DNA from: Spirochaetales bacterium
GTDB lineage: Bacteria > Spirochaetota > Spirochaetia > SZUA-6 > DRHE01
DNA: 64,000 nt
Direction: 5' to 3'
NCBI GenBank assembly: GCA_030615505.1
Contig: JAUWZD010000008.1
Location: forward strand, 104 to 64,103
Positions 10,401 through 17,902 of the stretch are shown here, one piece after another. Position 1 is the stretch's first letter. Each line of letters opens with the position of its first letter. A model generated the notes under the pieces. It made no database searches and was not told the DNA's origin. It worked only from the letters and a program-made list of their open reading frames with translations. The translations under genes were made by a program, and so were the position numbers.

Positions 10401-10463
10401 CTTACAACGCTTATTATCTTTCCGGTCATATATTTCTACTTAAAAAGAAAAAGCCACCATTAA
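7458..10463 (+). CDS. RND-superfamily permease (AcrB/MdtB-like), copy 1
   Basis: 1001 aa; LLP.INIP, SEVEQLVTIPLENAL, TM4 GMIVDNSIVVLEN, AQFESF..P, SRLKPILAT; TTG start overlapping the previous stop. Confidence 0.92.
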   Translation: MKLLERAAGHPVSVIMVYTGVLLFGLVSLFKLNVELLPTINIPVAHVITEYPNIPSSEVEQLVTIPLENALSSVKGVKQLNSITKQGISSVDLRFDWGSNIDKVAVEIREKIDSAYPFLPYGIKKPLVFTEDLSDVPVITLAVFPKGNSTIEEISDTVKKELKTRLLQIKGVSDLRIVGATEPEIKIVVDAYKLYAANIPISQIIETVGSSIYEYPAGKITEGDLEYLVKASTGVTSIEEIKNLPILTGTGTVGLHISDLAAVYPGIKMRTSFFHMNGKDAIGIFINKTGDSGTLNASGNILKDLEDIKEIFRKELSIEVIEDRSDEIRASIKSLFIAIALGIIAAFIVLFFFFKKRAIPLITIISVPASMTSVFLFMYISNISLNIISLSGIAIGIGMIVDNSIVVLENLLKNRAKSPKEIASSTIEMGSSTFASTVTTLLVFLPVLFIPGITGALFKELALTISFLIASSFIISMTLAPALYSLFLAQLPPEQDGMAFKRTRLSLRYRRMLCFMIRKPVFPIFILVLVAGLGSMLFLALPKEIIPEVDRGKLEAIFSFRRGITAEDSSSLTKEIEISLLELGEADIIYSEAGFDKTSVKDKASSGRDLATVRTGIILNKKRSASIWEAKSLIAGHLENEGDFNFQVKIPDDVIKKLLNAEGSIQFLLTGTDREKLIYDAEAIVKQAREKNLISIADIDTKKESPEIHLNLKSDSLAYSSLQPSGILNAMSSSIRGTVATKLKTDEGETDIRVRLRKEQTSTIEKLEKLKVKSPNGFLEIGNLGDLSKDLAFSEIFRRNRKMSVEITFLPQPGREKILKNYLLSIQNEYNTTSSQTALERSFKEIGMVFILAVILMYLILGAQFESFTVPLLLLISLPLSLFGSLLLLFITGKSININSFLGILILLGTTINTSIILCASFGKGSFPEIISGSISRLKPILATVCTTIFALLPIAVNPSAENTIQSNTAISVVGGLFSGTLTTLIIFPVIYFYLKRKSHH

Positions 10464-10477
10464 AGGCGAGATAGCCC

Positions 10478-13357
10478 ATGGCCTTTCATCAAAGCTGGAC
10501 ATCGAAACCTGTACGGGTTCTATTTATTCTCATAAGCTTTACAATGCTCCTTTTCCTTTACAGCAGGACAATACCTCTAGGCTATCTTCCCTCGGTCCAG
10601 AGGAAATCCATTCTTATCAGGATTGAACATAAAGGCGCTTTTGAAAATCAGATTGAAAAAGTGATTACAAACCCGGTGGAGAGAGAAATATCCAGGATAC
10701 GCGGCATAAAAGAGATTTTTTCCGTATCGGAACAGGAAAAAGCTCGCATCAATATCAGCTTTTTTGCAGAAACAGACCTTGATAAAGCTTACTTAAGGGT
10801 TCGAGAGGCCGTTGATAGGGTGTATGCCGCCCTGCCGGACGGCGTACAAAGACCGATCATAGCAAAAAGTGATATCAATTCAAGGCCGGTTTTTATAGCT
10901 GCTTTTGAAAATAAAGGATATCTGGCTGAAGACTATCTAAAACGGCTATATGAAAACATAAAAGGCACAGGGGAGATCGATATAGGCGGTGGAGTTAAAA
11001 TGGAGGTCCAGATATCCTTTTATCCTGACAAAACGGCACAAGCCAAAATATCTGTGCCTCAAATATTGAACAGCATCCGGGGAAACAACATTGTAGGCGG
11101 GTTTGGGCGCGAGACGGAGATCCCTCACATTATCGATGCCAGGCTTAAAAATATTGAAGAAGTAAGAGCATTACGTGTAACTCGTGACATAACCCTTGGA
11201 GAGATTGCTCAAGTCAGGCTGGAAAAAGCTAAGAAGGAAAGCATTGGACGCGTTAATGGCAAAGAAAAAATCATCGTTTATGTCCATGAGGCAGGCGACG
11301 CTAACACGGTAAATCTCTGCAGAAAGCTAAAATGTTTGACACTAAAGATCCCTGAAGGGATGATACTTTATAATTATGGAGAGAAAATTGAGAAGTCTCT
11401 TGAGGAAATTCTTATTTCGATTATTTCCGGAATTGTATTTGTAACAGCTCTCACGTTCATATTTTTAAAGAAAATATATCCGGCCCTGCTTGTCAGCCTG
11501 AACATCCCCTTTTCCGTTCTTTTTACTGCGGCATGCCTCAATTCCTTTGGATATGAATTAAACATCATGACCTTATCCGGTATTGCCATTGGTATAGGAT
11601 TGGTTATTGACTCAGGTATAGTCTATGTGGAAGAGTTCTTTGCCTCTAAAGGCGATCTACAAAAAACCTTACAAGGATCATCCCATCCAATTTTATTTTC
11701 ATCGTGCACAACCATAGCTGTCTTTATTCCTCTTCTTTTTGCCCAAAGGGAGCTTACTGATCAGTTCGGAGGACTGGCGATTGCGGTTTCTTCTTCTATT
11801 ATAGCTTCAGCAATTTTTGTCTTTCTTTTTATGCCGGCTTTTCTTTCTTTGTTTTTTAAAAGAGATTTAAAATCAGAAAATTATCTCAAAGCAAAATCTT
11901 CTCCGCTTATATCAGGCATCCTTAAAAGAGCCTTTTTCCTTACAAGCAGATTTCGCCCTGTTTTTATTGGACTTACACTCATCCTAGTAGCTGCATCAGG
12001 ATTCATTCTTCATAACCTAAGGCGACAAAATTTTAACTTAAACACAGGAAACACTGTATCTTTTAAGTTAGAGTATCCAAGCGGAACAACACTTGATCAA
12101 GTTTTTAACACGGCTTCTGAGCTTGAGGATTATATAACATCGCTCAATGGGATAAAGACAAGCGCCAGTAAATATGAAAAAGAGCGAGCCTCTTTTGATT
12201 TGACATTAAATGACAATACAGAACAAAAACCGATTATTAAAAAATTGAAAAGCCGGGAACACTACTACAAAAATATCTTTTTCTATTTTCCGGAGAAATC
12301 AGATGATGAAGATTCATTCGATGTTATTTTAACAGGAAAGGGAAACACTAAACTCCGGGAGTTGTCAAAATCCGTATCTGAAGAAATAAGGAAAGATCCT
12401 GCTGTCACAGGCATCATTTTCCACTATAAAGATGTGCTCCCTTCAAAGCAGGTAGCAATAAATCTTCACGATTCTGCAGGACTTGGAGTAAATCCGAAAG
12501 ATCTATATTCACATCTATACTGGTCTCTCTCCGGCCCTGTTGCTTCAAAATGGAATCCACCCGGACAAACAGAATCCGGTAATGCATACGCCGATATAAG
12601 GCTCTTTGCTGGAAAACTTCAGACAGCAGCATTTGCTGATCTTATGAATATAAAATTTACAGGCCCGGATGGTAAGGCGGTCGAATTAAAAGACATGGCA
12701 TCCTTCTCTGAAAAACAAGAGACAGGAAGGATATACCACTCAGGCCGGCAGAGAAGCGTCAGTTTTTCGGTTAGAACCAGGAAAGCGGATAAGTTTAAAA
12801 TTCTACAGAGGGCAAACAGGATTATTTCTGATTTCCCATTTCCCGGAGGCTACAGAGCGGAAGCCGGCCGTACAGAAAAAGAAGAAGAGAGACTTAAAGT
12901 TTCTTCGGCAGTCAGTCTCTCTTTGTCAATATTGCTTATCCTGATCATATTGGTTTTTCAATTTGAAGGAATAAGAATACCCCTTATTATAATGTCTCAA
13001 ATACCCTTATCATTTATCCTGCCGGTTCTACTTTTAAAAATATTAAATCTTTCCCTTTCAATGCCCGTTATGATTGGGCTTATTCTTACAGCTGGAATAT
13101 CTGTAAACAACTGCATCTTAGTTTTTGACCGCCTAAAAGGCCGCATATTAAGTGGTATATCTGTATATACAGCACTCGAGGCTAAATTTAAAGCCATGCT
13201 GATAGCCTCACTTACAACAGTCATGAGCGTACTGCCTCTTTTTTTCGTTGGTAGAATCGGAGCGGGTGTTCTTGCTCCGCTGTCACTCACTATATCCGCA
13301 GGTATTACCGGATCTGTTATTTTTCTGCTGATTAGCCTGCCTGTTCTGTTCAAATAA
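10478..13357 (+). CDS. RND-superfamily permease, copy 2 (more divergent, shortened)
   Basis: 959 aa; IEKVITNPVEREI, TM4 GLVIDSGIVYVEE, FQFE...P, GISVNNCILV. Confidence 0.88.
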   Translation: MAFHQSWTSKPVRVLFILISFTMLLFLYSRTIPLGYLPSVQRKSILIRIEHKGAFENQIEKVITNPVEREISRIRGIKEIFSVSEQEKARINISFFAETDLDKAYLRVREAVDRVYAALPDGVQRPIIAKSDINSRPVFIAAFENKGYLAEDYLKRLYENIKGTGEIDIGGGVKMEVQISFYPDKTAQAKISVPQILNSIRGNNIVGGFGRETEIPHIIDARLKNIEEVRALRVTRDITLGEIAQVRLEKAKKESIGRVNGKEKIIVYVHEAGDANTVNLCRKLKCLTLKIPEGMILYNYGEKIEKSLEEILISIISGIVFVTALTFIFLKKIYPALLVSLNIPFSVLFTAACLNSFGYELNIMTLSGIAIGIGLVIDSGIVYVEEFFASKGDLQKTLQGSSHPILFSSCTTIAVFIPLLFAQRELTDQFGGLAIAVSSSIIASAIFVFLFMPAFLSLFFKRDLKSENYLKAKSSPLISGILKRAFFLTSRFRPVFIGLTLILVAASGFILHNLRRQNFNLNTGNTVSFKLEYPSGTTLDQVFNTASELEDYITSLNGIKTSASKYEKERASFDLTLNDNTEQKPIIKKLKSREHYYKNIFFYFPEKSDDEDSFDVILTGKGNTKLRELSKSVSEEIRKDPAVTGIIFHYKDVLPSKQVAINLHDSAGLGVNPKDLYSHLYWSLSGPVASKWNPPGQTESGNAYADIRLFAGKLQTAAFADLMNIKFTGPDGKAVELKDMASFSEKQETGRIYHSGRQRSVSFSVRTRKADKFKILQRANRIISDFPFPGGYRAEAGRTEKEEERLKVSSAVSLSLSILLILIILVFQFEGIRIPLIIMSQIPLSFILPVLLLKILNLSLSMPVMIGLILTAGISVNNCILVFDRLKGRILSGISVYTALEAKFKAMLIASLTTVMSVLPLFFVGRIGAGVLAPLSLTISAGITGSVIFLLISLPVLFK

Positions 13358-13362
13358 GCCGC

Positions 13363-14784
13363 TTAAGTTGCTTCAATCCCAAGTATACTATCAAGGCGCT
13401 CTTTCAGCCTGCCTGAGGCATTATCGCGTTTCGCTTCAAGATATGCCCTTACTATCTCGTTTTTTTTTGCCTCTTGTAACATCAACACAGCGGCCATCTG
13501 ATAAACATTATCAGGAGTAGAGAGGAGGTCCATAACCGGATCCAGGATATTTACAATTCCTGTCGAAAGTCTTCTATAAATGGCATCTAACTCATGTCCT
13601 AAGAGGATCTTTTCTCCGTCACTCTTCGATAGTCCTAACAGCCTTCCCAGTTCTATTCTTGTCTCTTCAGCATACAGGGTTCCCGGGGCCAGTAAGATGC
13701 ATTTCTCAAGCACATTTCGGGCCGTGCCAATATTATAATTCCCCTCACTTTTTTTCATCCCCTGCCAGAGGTGATAATAATAGGCGGGAAGCCCGCGGAA
13801 AGATGCTTCTAAATCTATATAAAACTTTAAATCATCTATCCCTGCATTGCCCTGCTCAAGACTCGATGAAAGGACCAAATACCTGTGGAATTCCATATCT
13901 TCATCGAATTTAAAGCTCGTTAAAAGGCTGTTTGCTTCTACCCAGATCCCGGAGACATAGGCTTTAAGCCCTCTTATTAGAGACTTTCCCTGCTTTCGTG
14001 GATTCCAGGAGGTATCTGAAAGCTTTTCTTCAAGACAAATGAGTCTCTCAATTTGCTGCCCGGAGGATATCAATCCATTGTATCTCTGATACTCCAGATC
14101 TTTAAAAGCAGCTAAAATTCCTTCGTTTATGCGGCCAAGCTTTTCATATATGGCCGATTCCTTTATGCCAAGATTCGTCTCATACCCGAATTTAGCCTCA
14201 TATTGCTTTATCACACCGAGAACATCCTCATATTTTTCCTGCTCAAGTAACAGAACGATATAGGCATTCATATCTTCCCTGTTCATGTTATTTTTCTGCT
14301 CCTCCCAACCTTCCTGAAAAACTTTTAAGGCCTCTTCGTCCTCTCCAATTTCTAAAAGGCACTTTGCCTTTGTAAAGAGTACACCAATTTTATCTTTAAT
14401 TTTAAAGCCTAACGCCTTATCAGCATACTCTAATCCTTTTTTGTACTCTTTCTTTCGATAGGAAAGCTCTGCGAGGTTTGTAAAAAGAAGGAATTTTAAA
14501 TTCTTATCTTTATTCTTTCTAACGAGTTTTAGGCCCTGTTCTAAATAAGCTGACGCTTTTTGCATATCGCCGGAAGCCAGCAACATGCCTCCGATATTAA
14601 CCTTTAATGCCAGCTTGTCCGGATACTGCTGATCGAGTGAGAGTAGAGAATTAAAGAGCTCAAGCCCTTTTTCATTTTTCATTGCTTCATTAAACTTATC
14701 TTCAAATTCATTATCCCCGGCTTTACATGAGATAACTAAGAATAAAATGAGGCAAATTACACATAAGTATATATGTGTCCGCAT
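13363..14784 (-). CDS. TPR-repeat lipoprotein, convergent with the RND operon
   Basis: ATG 14784 with AAAGGAG RBS preferred over TTG 14802; lipobox VISC; TPR-like repeats; stop 5 nt from the RND2 stop. Confidence 0.8.
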   Translation of the reverse strand: MRTHIYLCVICLILFLVISCKAGDNEFEDKFNEAMKNEKGLELFNSLLSLDQQYPDKLALKVNIGGMLLASGDMQKASAYLEQGLKLVRKNKDKNLKFLLFTNLAELSYRKKEYKKGLEYADKALGFKIKDKIGVLFTKAKCLLEIGEDEEALKVFQEGWEEQKNNMNREDMNAYIVLLLEQEKYEDVLGVIKQYEAKFGYETNLGIKESAIYEKLGRINEGILAAFKDLEYQRYNGLISSGQQIERLICLEEKLSDTSWNPRKQGKSLIRGLKAYVSGIWVEANSLLTSFKFDEDMEFHRYLVLSSSLEQGNAGIDDLKFYIDLEASFRGLPAYYYHLWQGMKKSEGNYNIGTARNVLEKCILLAPGTLYAEETRIELGRLLGLSKSDGEKILLGHELDAIYRRLSTGIVNILDPVMDLLSTPDNVYQMAAVLMLQEAKKNEIVRAYLEAKRDNASGRLKERLDSILGIEAT

Positions 14785-14978
14785 ATAGGAACTCCTTTGC
14801 AAATCATACTTTTTCTGCTTTATGGAAAAAGCTAAAATTGGCTTAACTATATCATCCCTTATTTAATTAACGCAACAATTGTTGCAGTTCTTAAAGCATC
14901 GGGGCTTGAACCTTATATCATAACACTCTATGGAGCAGCAAAAGCGCTAAAAGTAAGATTAAAAAAACCAGCTCTTAT

Positions 14979-15383
14979 TTATATATACTTCACCATGCTT
15001 TCAACATCCAGTCCAATATGTTCTGCCATCAAGTCAAAGTAATAGTCAGCATGTACGAGAAGGGCATTCACATAGAGAGCAGAAGCAGCAATAAACATAT
15101 CGGAATGCGGAACTGTAATTCCATTGCTGCGTAAGGTATATGCTTTTTCAGATTAATAATCCCACAAGGATTTTGTGGATTCTATAAATACCAGATTATC
15201 CAGTCTTATTTTCAGTCTTTCATACTCGCTTTTTGTTTTGGTACCTGCAAGGAGCTCAAGCTTAATCATGCCATTTATTGCAACTTCATTTTCCTTTAGA
15301 AAACGATCGATCTTGTCCTTTATTACAGGGTTATAATCTTTTCTTAAGGAAAAAATCCAAGCTGAAGTGTCAATGAGAATCAT
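14979..15383 (-). pseudogene. vapC: VapC PIN-domain toxin interrupted by an in-frame TAA (15153-15155)
   Basis: MILIDTSAW...ELLAG...SLWDY* continues in frame SEKAYTLRSNGITVPHSDMFIAASAL...LVHADYYFD...VKYI*; 134 codons in total, normal VapC length. Confidence 0.88.
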
Positions 15384-15595
15384 GAATTTCCTGTATCCTC
15401 TCTATCCTTATTAAGGGATTCCAGTGTAATATCAAGATCAAATGTGCCGAGTTCTTTGCGAAGGATTTCGCGATTTTTTTTCCTGATAATTTCACGAAGT
15501 CCTTCTTCGATAACTGCCTTCTTGGTTTTTAATTGAGTAACCTGCAATGCAGTGTTTATTAGGTTATCATCTATAACTACTGTAGTTTTACTCAT
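15380..15595 (-). CDS. vapB: VapB-family antitoxin
   Basis: ATG 15595 with AGGAG RBS; MSKTTVVIDDNLI...TKKAVIEEGLRE ribbon-helix-helix pattern; ATGA overlap with vapC. Confidence 0.85.
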   Translation of the reverse strand: MSKTTVVIDDNLINTALQVTQLKTKKAVIEEGLREIIRKKNREILRKELGTFDLDITLESLNKDREDTGNS

Positions 15596-15607
15596 AAGCT
15601 TCTCCTG

Positions 15608-15658
15608 GTATGTATTATTCATACATACTAATGTATATAAAATAAATATGTATGTCAA
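15608..15658 (-). promoter_or_regulatory. vapBC promoter with overlapping inverted-repeat operators
   Basis: TTGACA(15658-15653)-N17-TACATT(15635-15630); inverted repeats GTATGTAT-N5-ATACATAC (15608-15628) and ATACAT-N4-ATGTAT (15621-15636). Confidence 0.75.
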
Positions 15659-15687
15659 AAAAGTGACACATCTCAAGGAAGTATCAT

Positions 15688-16062
15688 TTGAGTGTGGCAC
15701 TATCTATTAAGGGTCCCGGCTTGCAGTCTGAAATGGTTGAAGAAGGGAAAGCACAGGCCAGGCTTGAGAAAGAGGCCCCGAAAAAGAAGCATTATAATAT
15801 TCAAATCAAGATCAAATTAAAGGATGACTGCGTTTTCAAATCGGTCAGGGCCTTTATGGTGCTAAAAAATTTGGGTGAGACCAATAAAATAGTCAATACA
15901 GACCCCGAAGTCAGAGACATAGAAGACGAGAAATTTGATCAATCGTTTACGGTTTTCTTAACCACCAAAGAGAATGAAAAAAAGATCAGAAAGGCTGTCG
16001 AATCTGTTTCTGATGTGGAAAGCGTGGTTATCAAGGCTGTCAAAGGTCTTTCAAGGTTTTAA
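15688..16062 (+). pseudogene. Isolated CheA P2 (CheY-binding) domain fragment
   Basis: YNIQIKIKLKDDCVFKSVRAFMVLKNL...P.V.DIEDEKF...F.V...SVSDVE; no P1, P3, P4 or P5 domain nearby. Confidence 0.6.
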
Positions 16063-16291
16063 AGATTTCTGCTTGTTTGATGTGGTTAAAAGGGTCTGGC
16101 AAACCGGCAACCCCGAGCATCCCCCTGTTTTTCAGTATAAGGATAAGAGCAAAATCGGATGGCTGGATAGTTATGTCATAAAACTGCCTTCCGGTGAAAT
16201 AGTTGTTGTTTATAATGATGTTACCGATCGCAAGCAAGCAGAGGAAGAGAAAAACTCCAGGATGAAAAAAAAGAGTGTTAAAACGATCTAA
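16040..16291 (+). pseudogene. C-terminal half of a PAS/PAC domain
   Basis: LFDVVKRVWQTGNPEH..YKD...GW..SYVIKLPSGEIVVVYNDVTDRKQAEE (DVT.RK.AEE linker); no plausible start. Confidence 0.6.
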
Positions 16292-17072
16292 AAAGAAACC
16301 TTAATTTCCTTTTCCATATTCAATAAGGATGAAAGAGAAAGTATTTTATCTACCAAAGACGGATTTAAAAACACTCCTTTGGGAACCAGCAATAATCCAT
16401 TTTTTAAGGCTATTTCATCAAGCAAATACATTCCCGGTTTGAGATCCTGAATAGCCACACTATTGGATTTTTTAAACTGTATGTTCACATTTACACTCAT
16501 AAGGCTGCAAAATACCCGGGCAATCTGTCCGTCATAAAATGATCCGATATTCCCTTCAATAAATTCCAGAGCCTGCCCCGGCATTTTTTTCTCTCTGAAG
16601 ATTAGATTGTCATAGTCATTTGCAATTCTGACGATGCGCGCGCTCCAGGTGGAATTTTAACACTCCTTAATCCGTCTGGGAACCCTCTACCGTTAATTCT
16701 TTCATGATGGGAGCGAATAACTGCCTCGATCCTTTTTAAGTTTTTAACTGTACTGATCAACTCCTGGCCAACGAGAGGATGTTGAAGGTATATCTGTTTT
16801 TCATTTTTAGTGAAATCATTCACTTTTTTTTCAAAAAGTGCAGTTCCTGCGCCGATGAGGCCCAGATCATGAAGAAGTGCTCCATAATATATGTCTTCTT
16901 GTTCCTCCTTACTAAATTCTAATTTTTCGGTGATCAATTTTGAAAGCTCAGCAACCCGCTTCGAATGTTCGCTCAGGAATTTATGATAATGTGAGAGGAT
17001 ACCTGAAAGAAGATAGATAATTTCACTGAAATTTTGCTTGAGAACGCCGCTGATCTTTCTCAAATGACTAAC
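16288..17072 (-). pseudogene. HD-GYP phosphodiesterase, 5'-truncated and frameshifted
   Basis: HSKRVA, LLHDLG, HP..G, HHERINGRGFPDGL; deleting one GC from (GC)4 at 16636-16643 restores GARIVRIANDYDNLIFREKKMPGQAL, joining ORFs 16602-17186 and 16288-16584. Confidence 0.8.
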
Positions 17073-17186
17073 CACTTTTTCTATTGTTCCACCCCTGAGC
17101 ATATAAATCGGTTGATGTCCGGCATTAGCATACAGAAGATTATAATTGTTCAAATCCAGCAGGCAGGCTGAAAAGCAGGCGTCCAA
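17073..17186 (-). pseudogene. PP2C/SpoIIE phosphatase fragment fused in frame to the HD-GYP remnant
   Basis: LLDLNNYNLLYANAGHQPIYMLR resembles the SpoIIE Y.NAGH.P motif; other catalytic motifs absent. Confidence 0.55.
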
Positions 17187-17189
17187 TCG

Positions 17190-17852
17190 TCTTCAGCGCA
17201 GGATGATTGAAGATAGATACCGCAGTCTATTTAAAGATTCAAAGGATATGATATTTACCAGAACTCCGGATGGATTGATAACTGATATCAACCAGGCGGG
17301 TGTTGAATTATTGGGCTATGCAGATAAATCAGAGATTATTAATAAAAATGTTAGAGATTTATACCAATCTTATCAGGATCTGCTGCATTTCAATCAGCAA
17401 ATTGGGAAGAGAGGGTATGTGAAAGACTATGAACTCTTGTTAAAAAGAAAAGATGGTAAAGAAATATTTGTCCTTGAGACCTCTAATGCCATAAAAGATA
17501 GCAAAGGCAAAATAATTGAATCCCAGGAGGGGTTCGACAGAATTATATCTATTGTTCAGGGCTTAAAAAACTTTTCCCGGATCGATTATACAGGAAAGAT
17601 CGGGGAGGATGACCTCAATAAAGCGATCGAAAATACCTTAATCGTGGCCAGGAGCGAAATCAAATACGCAGCAGGGGTAAAGAAGGATTTATCCGTATTA
17701 CTGCTAATTCAAGGACAGGCAGATGATGGTCCGGGGATACCGGAGAACATGGGGGAGATTTATCCCTGAGGAGTGAGGTCGGGAAAGGTACAACGATTAC
17801 AATAAAACTGCCTATCAGCTACCAGGGGAAGGGAGAAGTAGAAATGAAATGA
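17190..17852 (+). pseudogene. PAS plus histidine kinase remnant with multiple internal deletions
   Basis: PAS (RYRSLF..DG.I..INQAG..LLGY..KRKDG) joined directly to the post-H-box helix (EGFDRIISIVQGLKNFSR); G1 DDGPGIPE; another frame gives EHGGDLSLRSEVGKGTTITIKLP to TGA 17852; H, N, F and G2 boxes missing. Confidence 0.75.
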
Positions 17853-17902
17853 GTCGCATAAGCTCTTCAGAAAAAACACTAAAGAGCTGCTTCTCATGCT
17901 TC

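Noticed and set aside
15596..15700. Extended N-terminus of vapB given by the ORF track
   Set aside because: It runs through the promoter and operator; ATG 15595 has the RBS and gives a typical 71-aa antitoxin
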